Assembly (NCBI GenBank): GCA_030390025.1
Contig: CM059431.1
Coordinates: 148,058,001-148,122,000, forward strand
Source of the DNA: Squalus acanthias
Lineage: Eukaryota
Direction of reading: 5' to 3'
Length of the DNA: 64,000 nucleotides
Shown: in pieces, positions 1-11,534 of the stretch
Position numbering within the stretch: the stretch's first letter is position 1
How the letters are laid out: each line of letters begins with the position of its first letter
The notes under the pieces: generated by a model
What the model was told of the DNA's origin: nothing
The model's input: only the letters and a program-made list of their open reading frames with translations
Database searches by the model: none
Made by a program: the position numbers and the translations under genes

Positions 1-340
1 TGGCGGAATCGGAATTAGAGCCGTTATATCGCAAGGACTCAGGGGATGGTAATGGATTTAACAATAACTTTGGGGAAAAGAGTACCGAGATCATTGAAGA
101 CAATTGTGTTGGTTATGGGGTTACAGGGGACCATTTCAGAACACCACGGCGCCTGATAAATGATGCAGACATTGCTTTTAATACCGGAACCTCCCTCGTT
201 AATAGCCTTGATTTGGCTCATTTTGATCAATCCGTAAAGGCAGTTAGAAATCGTTTAAGGGAAATTTTGAATAAAATTAATGGTCTGTAACAGGAGGAAT
301 TAAAGGAGGACCAAATTACGACCATTTATCGACAGGACAT
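1..340 (+). pseudogene. Decayed viral envelope fragment (env-B, copy 1), paramyxovirus-F-like
   Basis: Frame 3 reads AESELEPLYRKDSG...RTPRRLINDADIAFNTGTSLVNSLDLAHFDQSVKAVRNRLREILNKINGL*QEELKEDQITTI. It is a close reverse-complement match to ~43525-43865 and is homologous to env-A (TAYSTGSSVINSLD, ELHEDQ). Confidence 0.7.
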
Positions 341-583
341 TGTGTGGGATGGTAATGGGGTCAGCCCTCGCCTTCTGACTCAGTGAGCGGTTCGACTCGC
401 TCCCACGCCCCTGTTTCCTAGACTTTGGACTTATTTAGGGGTTGTGAACGAAAATGCACGAGACAACAGGTTCTGCTGCAAGAATTTTGACTCTATTAAA
501 AGAAAAAGGTAACAAACTTAAAACACACTTAATACTTAAACACAGATTGGGGACCACACGGTACAGGCGAGGGCCAACAACAA

Positions 584-3500
584 CATAAGAACATAAGAAC
601 ATAAGAAATAGGAGCAGGAGTAGGCCAATCGGCCCCTCGAGCCTGCTCCGCCATTCAATAAGATCATGGCTGATCTGATCCTAACCGCCAATCTACTATC
701 TATCACAGAACCATCTCCTGCATCTAACAGAATTGCACACACGAAATATGAGCAGAATCAGGCTACACGGTCCCTGGGCACGCTCCACTACCCACAGGGC
801 CATGACCGATCCGAACCTAGACTCATGTCCAAATTCCTGCCCGCTCCCCGTAACCCTTAATGCCCTTTACTTCTAGGAAACTGTCTATTTCTGTTTTAAA
901 TTTATTTAATAATGTAGCTTCTACAGCTTTTTGTGGCAGCATATTCCATGGACTTACCACCCTCTGAGTGAAGTAGTTCCTCCTCATCTCAGTTTTGAAA
1001 GAGCAGCCCCTTATTCTAAGACTATGTCCCCTAGTTCTAGTCTCACCCGTCATCGGGAACATCCTCCCCGCATCCACCCGATCCAACCCCTTCACAATCT
1101 TATATGTTTCAATAAGATCGCCTCTCATTCTTCTGAACTCCAATGAGTAGAGTCCCAATCTACCCAACCTCTCCTCATATGACCACCCCCTCATCCCCGG
1201 GATAAACCGAGTGAACCTTTTTTGCACTGCCTCGAGAGCAAGGATGTCTTTCCTTAAGTAAGGACACCAAAACTGTATGCAGTATTCCAGGTGCGGTCTC
1301 ACCAATACCTTGTACAACTGAAGCAATACCTCCCTATTTTTATATTCTATCCCCTTAGCAATGAAAGGCAACATTCCATTTGCCTTCTTAATCACTTGCT
1401 GCACCTGCATACTAACCTTTTGAGTTTCGTGCACCAGGACCCCCAGATCCCTTTGCACTTCAGTACTCTCCAGTTTCTTGCCATTAAGATAATAAATTGC
1501 TCTAGGATTTTTCCTGCCAAAGTGCATCACCTCACACTTTCCAGTGTTGTGTTACATCTGCCAAATCTCTGCCCACTTACTTAGCCTGTCTATGTCCCCT
1601 TGCAGGTTTTTTATGTCCTCCTCACTCACTACTTTCCCTCCCATCTTTGTATCATCTGCAAATTTTGATATGTTACACTTGGTCCCTTCCTCCAAATCGT
1701 TAATATAGATTGTGAAGAGTTGGGGAGCCAGCACTGACCCATGTGGAACACCACTAGTTACTGATTGCCAGTCTGAGAATGAACCATTTATCCCAACTCT
1801 TTGCTTTCTGTTAGATAGCCAATCCTCTATCCATGCCAGAATATTACCCCCAATCCCGTGATTTTTTACCTTAAGCAATAATCTTTTGTGTGGCACCTTG
1901 TCAAATGCCTTTTGGAAGTCTAAATACACTACATCCACTGGTTCCCCTTTATCCACTCTATATGTTACTTCCTCAAAGAACTCCAGCAAATTTGTCAAAC
2001 ATGACTTCCCCTTCGTAAAACCATGCTGACTTTGTCCTATTAAATTATGATTATCCAAATGTCCTGTTACTGTTTCCTTAATAATGGACTCCAAAATTTT
2101 ACCTACCACAGATGTTAGGCTAACTGGTCTATAGTTACCAGCCTTCTGTCTACTGCCCTTTCTTTAATAAGGGTGTTACATTAGCAGTTTTCCAGTCTGC
2201 CGGGACCTTAGCGGAATCCAGGGAGTTTTGAAAAATTATTACCAATGCATCTACAATCCCTACCGCCACTTCCTTCAAGACTCTAGAATGTAAGCCATCA
2301 GGTCCAGGTGATTTATCCGCCTTGAGTCCCATTATTTTACTGAGTACCACTTCCTAGGTGATTTTGATCGTGTTTAGCTCCTCTCCCCCTATAGCCCCCT
2401 GTTTGTCCAGTGTTGGGATATTCTTAGTGTCCTCTACTGTAAAGACTGATACAAAATATTAATTCAGTGTTTTTGCCATCTCCATATTTCCCACCATTAA
2501 TTTCCCGGTCTCATCCTCTAAGGGACCAACATTTACTTTAGCCACCCTTTTTCATTTTATATAACTATAAAAACTCTTACTATCTGTTTTTATATTTTTT
2601 GCTAATTTACTTTCATAATCTATCTTCCCTTTCTTAATCAATCTTTTTGTTCTTTTTTGCTGCCTTTTAAAGTTTTCCCAATCCTCTGTCCTCCCACTAG
2701 ATTTCGCTACCTTATATGCCCTTGTTTTTAGTCGAATACTATCCTTAATTTCTTTACTTAGCCACGGATGACTGTCCCTTCTTTTACACCCTTTTCTTTT
2801 CAGTGGAATATATTTTTTTTGGAATTTGTAAAATAACTCCTTGAATGTACACCACTGATCATGTGTCGTCTTACCCTTTAATCTATTTTCCCAATCCACT
2901 CTACTCAATTCCGCTCGCATACCTTCATAGTCTCCTTTATTCAAGCTTAGCACGCTTGTTTGAGATCCAACCTTCTCACCCTCTAATTGAATATGGAATT
3001 CAACCATGTTATGGTCACTCATTCCAAGGGGATCCTTTACTAGGACATTTTTAATTAATCCTGTCTCGTTACACAGGACCAGATCTAAGGTTGCTTGCCC
3101 CCTGGTCGGTTCAGTTACATACTGCTCAAGAAACCCATCCCTAATACACTCAATGAACTCATCCTCATGGCAGCCCTGCCCCATTTGATTTGTCCAATTA
3201 ATATGATAGTTACAATCCACCATAATTATAGATGTTCCCTTATTACATGCCTCAACTATTTCCTGATTGATACTCCGTCCAACAGAGTTGCAACTGTTCG
3301 GAGGCCTATAGACTACGCCCACTAGTGTTTTTTTCCCCTTATTATTCCTTATCTCCACCCAAACTGTTTCATTATCATGATTTTTTGACCCAATATCATT
3401 ACTCTGTATTACAGTGATTCCTTCCTTTATCAACATAGCCACCCCACCTCCCCTTCCTTCCTGCCTGTCCTTCCTGATCGTTAAATAACCTGTTATGTTT

Positions 3501-5060
3501 AATTCCCAGGCATTGTCACCCTGCAGCCATGTTTCTGTAATGGCCACAATATCATAACCATATGTAGTTATTTGTGCCATTAACTCGTCTATTTTGTTAC
3601 GAATGCTACGTGCATTCAGATAGAGAACTTTCAAATATGCTTTGTGGCACTTAGTTCCTGCTTTTTCACTTTTTACCACTTTACCTTTTACTCCACACAC
3701 TCTGTCCCTTCCTGCCACGCTCTGATTTGTGATTCCCCTACTGCTACCTATGTCTATGACCCTCTCTGTTATCATTTTTATTTTTTGCTCTCTTGAAACC
3801 TCCCCCCCACTAATTAGTTTAAAGCCCTCTCCACAGCCCTAGTTATTCGATTCGCCAGGACACTAGTCCCAGCACTGGCCAAGTGAAGTCCGTCCCAACG
3901 GAACAGCTCTCTCCTGCCCCAGTACTCGTGCCAGTGTCCCAAGAAGCAAAACCCATTTTTCCCACACCAGTCTTTGAGCCACGCATTCAACTCCCTGATT
4001 TTATTTACCCTAGCCAAATTTGCTCGTGGCTCAGGTAGTAATCCAGAGATTATTACCCTCGAGGTTCTGCTTTTTAATTTGGCCCCTAGCTGCTCAAACT
4101 CCCTCAGCAGAACCTCTTTGCTTGTCCTATCTATGACATTGGTACCAACATGGACCACGACAACTGGATCCTCCCCCTCCCACTCCAAGTTTCTCTCCAG
4201 CCCAGAGGAGATGTCCTTAACCCTGGCACCGGGCAGGCAACACAGCCTTCGGGATGCTCGCTCTTGGCTGCAATTAACCCTATCTATCCCCCTAATGATA
4301 CTATCCCCTACCACTACAACATTTCTTTTTACTCCTCCCACTTGAATGGCCCCCCTTACCACGGTGCTGTGGCCAGGTTGCTCATCCTCCCTGCAGTCCC
4401 CGCTCCTATCCACACAGGGAGTAAGAGCCTCGAACCTGTTGAACAAGAGCAAGGGCTGCGGCTCCTCCAACACTACCTCCTGGATCCCTGTACCTGCCTC
4501 ACTCGTAGTCACACCTTCCTGTCCCTGACCACGGGCTACTTCTGAATTAGTTACTCTAATTGGTGTGACTACCTCCTGAAACACGGAGTCCAGGTAACTC
4601 TCCCCCTCCCTGATGTGTCGCAGTGTTTGAAGCTCGGACTCCAGCTCATCAACACGGAACCGGAGTTCCTCGAGCAGCCAACACTTACTGCAAATGTGTT
4701 CACCGTGAACATCAATGGTGTCCACCAGCTCCCACATATTGCAGCAGTAACACATCACCTGCTCTCCCATTCTATGTAATTAATTAAAAATTTATTATTT
4801 ACCCTTCAGTTAATTTATGCCAGCAGTCTCCGCTACACCACAGATACCCGAGAAACTATAAACTATTGAATTGAAGTTTTGTATAAAAAAAAGAGAAATA
4901 CTCACCAACCAATCACTTACCTGCTTTCTGGTGACGTCACACTTCGATTATTTTTTACCTCTCCACTGCTCTCGGCTTGGTGAAAGCCTACCTGGTCGCT
5001 GCCGCCCTTTACCGCCGCCGCCTCGCCGCTGTTGCTCCACCCAGGTCCGCCGCCAAATAT
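584..5060 (-). mobile_element. Full-length CR1 LINE (5' UTR, intact ORF1, disrupted ORF2, (TTCTTATG)n tail)
   Basis: ORF1 is at 4770-3814. ORF2 is in pieces from 3775 to 823, with APE (YLNARS, ITETW), RT ([17 protein letters not shown]) and a CR1 C-terminus. An octamer tail lies at ~584-607. Confidence 0.95.
3814..4770 (-). CDS. CR1 ORF1p (CxxC zinc finger, leucine zipper, SGNH esterase-like domain), 318 aa
   Basis: CYCCNMW...CSKC, LRFRVDELESELQTL, VVGDS, HVGTN and DGLHL motifs; the frame is uninterrupted. Confidence 0.9.
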   Translation of the reverse strand: MGEQVMCYCCNMWELVDTIDVHGEHICSKCWLLEELRFRVDELESELQTLRHIREGESYLDSVFQEVVTPIRVTNSEVARGQGQEGVTTSEAGTGIQEVVLEEPQPLLLFNRFEALTPCVDRSGDCREDEQPGHSTVVRGAIQVGGVKRNVVVVGDSIIRGIDRVNCSQERASRRLCCLPGARVKDISSGLERNLEWEGEDPVVVVHVGTNVIDRTSKEVLLREFEQLGAKLKSRTSRVIISGLLPEPRANLARVNKIRELNAWLKDWCGKNGFCFLGHWHEYWGRRELFRWDGLHLASAGTSVLANRITRAVERALN

Positions 5061-6199
5061 ACCAAACAGAAATCTTATCCCTCCCAAAGATCCCACTATC
5101 TAGCTAGGTTTTTGGTTTCAGGAGATCCGGGATAATGCTCACCAACGATTCCTTGACAGGATTTTAGAGTCTTTTGATTGAAAGATTTCGTAAGGCCCTT
5201 GTTGCTGCGAGGTGTCCGATGATCACTGAGGCAGTCGCTCTGGTTTCTTCTTGTTTGATGGTCTGTTTGCTGGCCTTCCTCCTCGTGGCTTGCAGTGGTT
5301 TTGCTGGAGCAGGGAGAGAGCTGTGCCAGCGTTGTCAGCGAGTCCAAAAGAGAAAGAGTCTTGGGACAGGCTTCTATTATATTGTCTTTTTCCCGCCCAA
5401 AACCCCTTCTAAAACGGTTTCGTTTAGATTGCAAATGAGCCCTGTCAAGTCCATTGTCTAGTTTTGGGGGGCTTGCCAGTTCCGATGGCTTTAAGCTCAG
5501 TGTTAAACATGTCCTGATCGTTTTCCGATTTAACACAGCCTTATCTACGCGCCAAATCTCAACCCTATTGTCCTAGGTCTATTGGTGGGCCTTTAAATCT
5601 GTCCTGTGGATACCTGGTTGATTGGTTTTTGCTGCAGCCCTAAATGTTTTATTGATTTCAAAAGAGGTCTTGGATTATTCATTTCGATGTGTTGTGAGGC
5701 TTTGGGGTTTTGTCTTTTCCTCCTTGATAGGAAGGCAGTGCAAATACACTGCAGACAGCTTACTACACTGCCTGGCCACGCCCCTCTGCAGCCTGTGTGT
5801 CTTTGAAAGGTGTCTTTCCCAACAGTAAGATTCGAAAAGTCATTTTCCTCAGGGTTTTCTTCTTGTGATCTTTAAAAATGTCCAGAATTAAGGGTTTTAC
5901 TCAAATCACTTCACTTAGGATTCTGTTCGAGTTTCTCGGGGATTTTGCGAAGCCTATATCCCCCACTTTGATACTAAAGCTGAATTAGTGTAATTAACAG
6001 GTGACCAAAATTTCTGATCCCCGAAAACCAACCTTCCCCTGTATTACCTAAACTAAAAACCCAAACATACATTCCCCTTTTAAAAGTGATGTTTCAGGTA
6101 CATACAGGTAAGAATCAATCTTTATTTCACATCCAAGCACGGAGAGGGTCCGACACCCCTGCACAGCTTGGAAAACACATCATACACATCATAAAAATG

Positions 6200-7648
6200 A
6201 CACAACACACATAATTTTTTTTTTATTAAAGTACAAATTTCAAGGTTCGTTCCATCCCTGGCCATAGCCTTCATTTTGATGCTCTTCCCAACTCCCTTCA
6301 TGTCTGGAACGGAGCTCCCGGTCCCTTCCCCTGCACTTTGTACCCAGCAGGTAGAGAACTATCCCGAGCTGGCAGACCACCAAAAGATGGGAAGCCATCC
6401 TGATCCATCAAGGCAATTCTATATTCTCGAAAATATCCCACCAGGGTGGAACTATTTTATCCAAAATCTCTGCCCCAATTTCAACTGTTTTCTGTTCCAG
6501 GGTGTAGAAATGTTTTTGTGAAATCTCGACAGCTTTAAGTAGGATGGTAAGATGTTCGAGTAGAGGGGGAATTTTATATCCAAAGTAAATCACATACTTT
6601 TGCAGGTTGGTGATGTTTTCTGTTACAGTGAGGTGAACAGTGGAGGGTCAGGAATGGGGACAATCCGTTCTTGGGCCAATTAAACTTCTGCCTCTGGTTT
6701 AAAGCAGAAACTTCTGTCACTAACCGGACACCAGAAGTGTCCATGCTGGTAGTGGGACGCACCTGTGGTGACACAATATATCCCACCCCCGATATATGCT
6801 ACCTGTGAGGAAACATGGCCATGTGCCATCACCTCCATCGTACAGTTTATAGGTCGTGTGCAAGCAGCTTTGAAACCGCACTGTGGTTTGGAATAGGCGT
6901 TCAAGTGCTGGGGACACTGTATTATGTGTGAACCCCGGCTCTGGCACCCGGAGAGGTCAATACCTGTCATGGCGTGCTCCCACTTTATGACATAAGGTGG
7001 GACCGCTTTAAAACGGATGTGTGCACCCCCTTGAATGACTCCAATGTTCTCCACACTGTATACCGGTACGGGTCGGGCTGTCCCACTCATGACCGGCATT
7101 CTCACTACTATCCCCATGATAGTGTGATTGGAACGCCCACAATCTATTGGGATAGTGTAGGCTTCAGAGGCTAGACGAAAGTGGCATGGGCTCAGCGAAT
7201 TACTAAACGGGTGAAGGGCTGCGAGGTGCTTGTTGCTGATCCAGGAGGAGACTAAACCTTGCTTTAAATCCTCCAGGTTGCTACGGCCCTAGCCCAACAA
7301 TCATGCCCCGTACAGCACACACACCTCATTCTGTGCAGCCTGATCCGATGCATTCCTATCGTCCCGTATGAGTGCATTTACTGTTTTGGCATGCCTTTCC
7401 AATTCTGCAATAATTTCCTTTAAATGAACCGTCATAGCTTGGTCCTCATGTAGCTCTGAGACTACCACTGTGTTCCCATCCTTCAGGATCTTTCTTAACT
7501 GGGTTTTTAAACCATTTATCTGTGTCTGTAATTCCATGTCATCCAGGCTATTTATTACAGAGGACCCTGTACTATAGGCAGTGGAAACATAATTCCAGGC
7601 ACCCCTTCTTTGTCTACCCGTGCCCATAGGGTTCTCAGGGTTTATTAT
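6200..7648 (-). pseudogene. Decayed viral envelope gene (env-A), class I fusion protein resembling paramyxovirus F
   Basis: Furin site RQRR (7615-7604), then a fusion-peptide-like GAWNYVSTAYSTGSSVINSL, a heptad helix, a Cys-rich domain (VPPYV...IDLSGC...CPQ...C...C), a second helix and a TM-like segment (WIRMASHLLVVCQLGIVLYLLG). It carries several stops and a frameshift. Confidence 0.75.
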
Positions 7649-7711
7649 TTTACAGGAACAGAGCAACGCCACCCTGTTAGGAATGGTATAGTATTAACCC
7701 ATTCTGCCCGA
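7649..7711 (+). pseudogene. Continuation of env-B copy 1 (LQEQSNATLLGMV*Y*PILP)
   Basis: Matches the reverse complement of ~43192-43255, including the same junction into a CR1 fragment. Confidence 0.65.
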
Positions 7712-8395
7712 TACTGATGATATAAAACTAGGTGAGACAGTAATCTGTGAGGAGAACATTAAGAGTCTGTAAAGGGATATAGATAGACAAAGTGGGTGTG
7801 CAGTAAGTTGGCAGATGGAGTATAATGTAGGGAAATGTGAGGTTATTCACTTTGGTAGGAAGAATAGAAAAACAGAATTTATTTTAAATGGTGAGAAACT
7901 TTCAAATGTTGGTGTTCAGAGAGATTTGGGTTTCCTCGTGCAAGAAACACAGAAATCCAGCATGCAGGTACAGCAAGCAATAAGGAAGGCAAATGACATG
8001 TTGTCCTTTATTGCAAGGGGGTTGCAGTATCAGTGTAAGGAAGTCTTGCTACAATTGTACAGGGCCTTGGTGAGACCACACCTGGAGTACTGTGCACAGT
8101 TCTGGTCTCCTTATCTAAGGAAGAATATACTTGCCTTGGAGGCGGTACAACGAAGGTTCACTAGATTGATTCCTGGGATGAGAGGGCTGTCCTATGATGA
8201 GAGATTGTGTAGAATGTGCCCATACTTTCTGGAGTTTAGAAGAATGAGAGGTGATCTCATTGAAACATACAAGATTCTGAAGGGAATTGACAGGTTAAAT
8301 GCTGAGAGGTTGTTTCCCCTGGCTGGAGTGTCTAGAACGAGGGGGCATATCTCCGGATATGGGGTAGGCCATTTAAGACTGAGATGAGGAGGAAT
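7712..8395 (+). mobile_element. 5'-truncated CR1 ORF2 3' fragment
   Basis: DD.KLG...MEYNVGKCEVIHFG...RPHLEYC. Paralogous to 42270-43190. Confidence 0.9.
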
Positions 8396-8397
8396 TG

Positions 8398-9715
8398 ATA
8401 TGCCCCACACCCCTCACTGTAACACTCTGATATACCCAACACCCCTCAATCTAACACGCTGATATACCACACACCCCTCACTGTAACACTCTGATATACC
8501 CCACACCCCTCACTGTAACACACTGATCCATGCCACACTCTGGACTGTTACTACCTAAAACCATTCACTATAATACTGATATATCTCGCACCACTCACTG
8601 TAACACACTCTGATATACTCCACACCCCTCACTGAATCGCACTCTGATATTCTCCACACCCTTCAATGTAACACTGTGATATACCCCACACTCCTCACTG
8701 TAACACCCTGATATACCCCACACCTCTCACTTTAACTCTCTTATATACCGCAAACCCCTCACTGTAACACTCTGATATAAAGGCCACACCCCTCACTGTA
8801 ACACTCTGATATACACCACACACCTCACTGTAACACTCTGATATACACCACACCCCTCACTGTAACACTCTGATATACAACACACCCCTCACTTTAACCC
8901 TCCTATATACCGCAAACCCCGCACTGTAGCACACTGATATAAAGGCCACACCCCTCACTTCAACCATCTGATATAAGTCACACCCCTCACTGTAATACTC
9001 TGATTTACACCACGCACCTCACTGAAACACACTGATATACCGCACACCTCTCACTGTAACAATCTGATATACCCCACACCCCTTACTGTAACAGTCGGAT
9101 ATACCCCACACCCCTCACTATAACACTCGGATATAAGTCACAACTCTCACTATAACCCTGTGATATACCCTGCACCTTTCACTCTAACTCTCTTATATAC
9201 CCCAGATCCCTCACTATAACAATATGATATACCCCACATTCCTCACTTTAACAATCTGATATACCCCACATTTCTCGCTGTAAAACACTGATAAACTGCA
9301 CAGCCCTCACTCTAACACTGATATACCCCATAACCCTCACTGTAGTCCTCTGATATACTCCAAACCTCTCACTCTAACTCTCTGATATAGCCCCCACCGC
9401 TCAACTTAACACTCTGATACATGCCATACTCTGGACTGTTACTGTCCACACCAGTCACTGTAATACTGATATACCCCACATCCCTCACTGTGACATCTGA
9501 TACATGCCATGCTCTGGACTGTTACTCTCCACACCACAAACTGTTATACTGATATACCCCACACCCCTCACTCTAACACTCTGATATACCCCACACTCCT
9601 CACTGTAGCACTCTGATACATGCCACACTCTGGACTGTTACTCTCCACACCACTCACTGTAATACTGATATATCTCACATCCCTCACTGTAATATACTGA
9701 TATACCTCGCACTTT
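8398..9715. repeat. 32-bp minisatellite (CCCCACACCCCTCACTGTAACACTCTGATATA)
   Basis: About 40 diverged tandem copies. A short run of the same repeat occurs at ~44855-44990. Confidence 0.92.
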
Positions 9716-10159
9716 TGCAATTGCCACTTTAATCCCATGGGATTCAACTTTGGTGTTATATGGTACTTTGTCAAGCACCTTTTGATAGGATAGGGAAATT
9801 GAGAAAGTGTGCGCAGTATCATTCATAAAACCATAGAAAAGGTGAGACAAGTTGTGTTGACAATTTGTTTGGCGGACCATGACGACCCGCTCTGATCACA
9901 GGCCTCGCCTGGTTTCAATCAGTGAATTTCAAAATCAGTGATTTTAATCCCATTTTATTATTTATATTTATTTGTTCTCAGGATATGGGTGACGCTGTCA
10001 AGACCGGAATTACATTCCCATCCCTAGTCACCCATGAGCAAATGCTGGGCCTTCATCTTGAGCCGCTGAAGTCCGTGTGGTGAAGGTGTTACTGTTACGG
10101 AAGGAATGTCATGCTTTTGACACAGTCCCGATGAAGGAGCAGCGATATATTTGAAAGCT

Positions 10160-10565
10160 ACAGTAGCATAGTGGTTATGTTGCTGAACAAGTAAATAAGA
10201 TGCCGGGACGAATAATCCTGAGTTGAAATCCCATCAGCTGGGGAATTTAAATACAATTCAGAAAACAAATCTGGAAAAAAGATTGCGTCAGTATTGGTAA
10301 CCATGAAACTACCGGATTGTCGTAAAAACACATGTGGTTCACGATTGTCCTTTACGGAAGGAAATCTGCCGTCCTTATATATTGTGTACGAAATGTGACT
10401 CCAGACTCACAGCAATGTCGTTGTCTCTTCGCTGCCCTCTGAAATGTCCGTACAAGCCATTCAGTTGTATAAGGTGGCTCACCACCACCTTCTCCAGGAC
10501 AATTATGGATGGACAATAAATGGTGGCCTTGCCAGCGACATCTACATCCCATGAATGAATAAAAA
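10160..10565 (+). mobile_element. tRNA-derived SINE, probably Meta-domain type, with an L2-like 3' tail
   Basis: A-box-like tagcatagtgg and B-box-like gttgaaatccc, a central ggattgtcgtaaaaac...ggaaggaaatctgccgtcc, and a tail (ctcaccaccaccttctc...atgaatgaataaaaa) shared with the LINE at 10620. Confidence 0.65.
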
Positions 10566-10619
10566 CTGATTCATTAATGGTCATAATGCTATATAAAATG
10601 TTATAATGTATTATTTTAT

Positions 10620-11525
10620 TTCATTCGTTTATGAAATATGGGTGTCGCTGGCAAGACCAGCATTTGTTGCACATCCCTAAATGCCCTTGAGAAGGTGGTG
10701 GTGAGTCGCCTTCTTAAATTGCTGCAGTCCCTTGTGGTGAAGTTACTCTCACAGTGCTATGAGAGAGGGAGTTCCACGGATTTGACCAAGCGATTATGAA
10801 GGATCATTGAAAAACTTCTAAGTCAGGATGGTGTGTGACTTGGAGGGGAACTTGGAGGTGGTGGTATTCCCAATGCGCCTGCTGCCCTTGTCCTTCTAGG
10901 TGGAAGAGGTTGCGGGTGGGAGGCGCTGCCGAAGAAGCCTTGGCGAGTTGCTGCAGTGCATCTTGTAGATGGTACACACTGCAGCCACGGTGCGCCGGTG
11001 GTGGAGGGAGTGAATGTTTAAGGTGTTAGGTGGGATGTCAATCAAGCGGGATGCTTTGTCCTGGATGGTGTCACAGTATTCAAATGCCTGGGCCAGATAC
11101 GTTTCTGGTCAATGGGGACCCCCAGAATGTTGATGGTGGGGGATTCGGCGATGGTAATTGCATTGAATGTCAAGGGGAGGTGGTTAGATTCTCGGTTGTT
11201 GGAGATAGTCATTGCCTGGCAATTGTGTGGCGCAAATGTTAACTGCCACTTATCACCCAAGCCTGAACGTCGTCCAGGTCCCGTTGCATGGGGGCATGGA
11301 CTGCTTCATTATCTGAGGAGTTGTGAATAGCACTGAATACTGTGCAGTCATCAGCGAACATCTCCATTTCTGACCTTATGTTGGAGGGAAGGTCATTGAT
11401 GAAGCAGCTGAAGATGATTTAGTCTAGGACACTGCCCTGAGGAACTCCTACAGCGATATCCTGGGGTTGTGATGATTGACCTTCAACCACCACAACCATC
11501 TTCCTTTGTGCAAGGTATGACGAAG
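10620..11525 (-). mobile_element. CR1/L2-group LINE 3' fragment
   Basis: The - strand reads QGSVL...FINDLP...MFADDCTVF. The 3' tail matches the SINE tail. A shorter relic is at ~9970-10150. Confidence 0.7.
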
Positions 11526-11534
11526 GGGTATAAT

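Larger units (their letters stand above)
341..5958 (-). mobile_element. Putative 3' LTR of the env-A element (about 5958-5062 plus 583-341), split by a full-length CR1
   Basis: On the - strand a purine tract (caaagtggggga, 5970-5959) follows the env gene. The non-coding stretch after it ends ...cccacaca at 341, exactly where homology to env-B resumes. An alternative PPT+TG (aaaaggggaa-tgta) lies near 6082-6069. No second LTR is available to confirm this. Confidence 0.5.

Noticed and set aside
5096..5536. 146-aa and 95-aa ORFs in the putative LTR
   Set aside because: No recognisable motifs and non-ATG starts; treated as chance ORFs, although an accessory gene cannot be excluded.
7649..7672. 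MALLCSCK start of the 7301-7672 ORF as the env-A N-terminus
   Set aside because: These bases are the antisense of the env-B remnant across a deletion junction, so the ORF start is chimeric.
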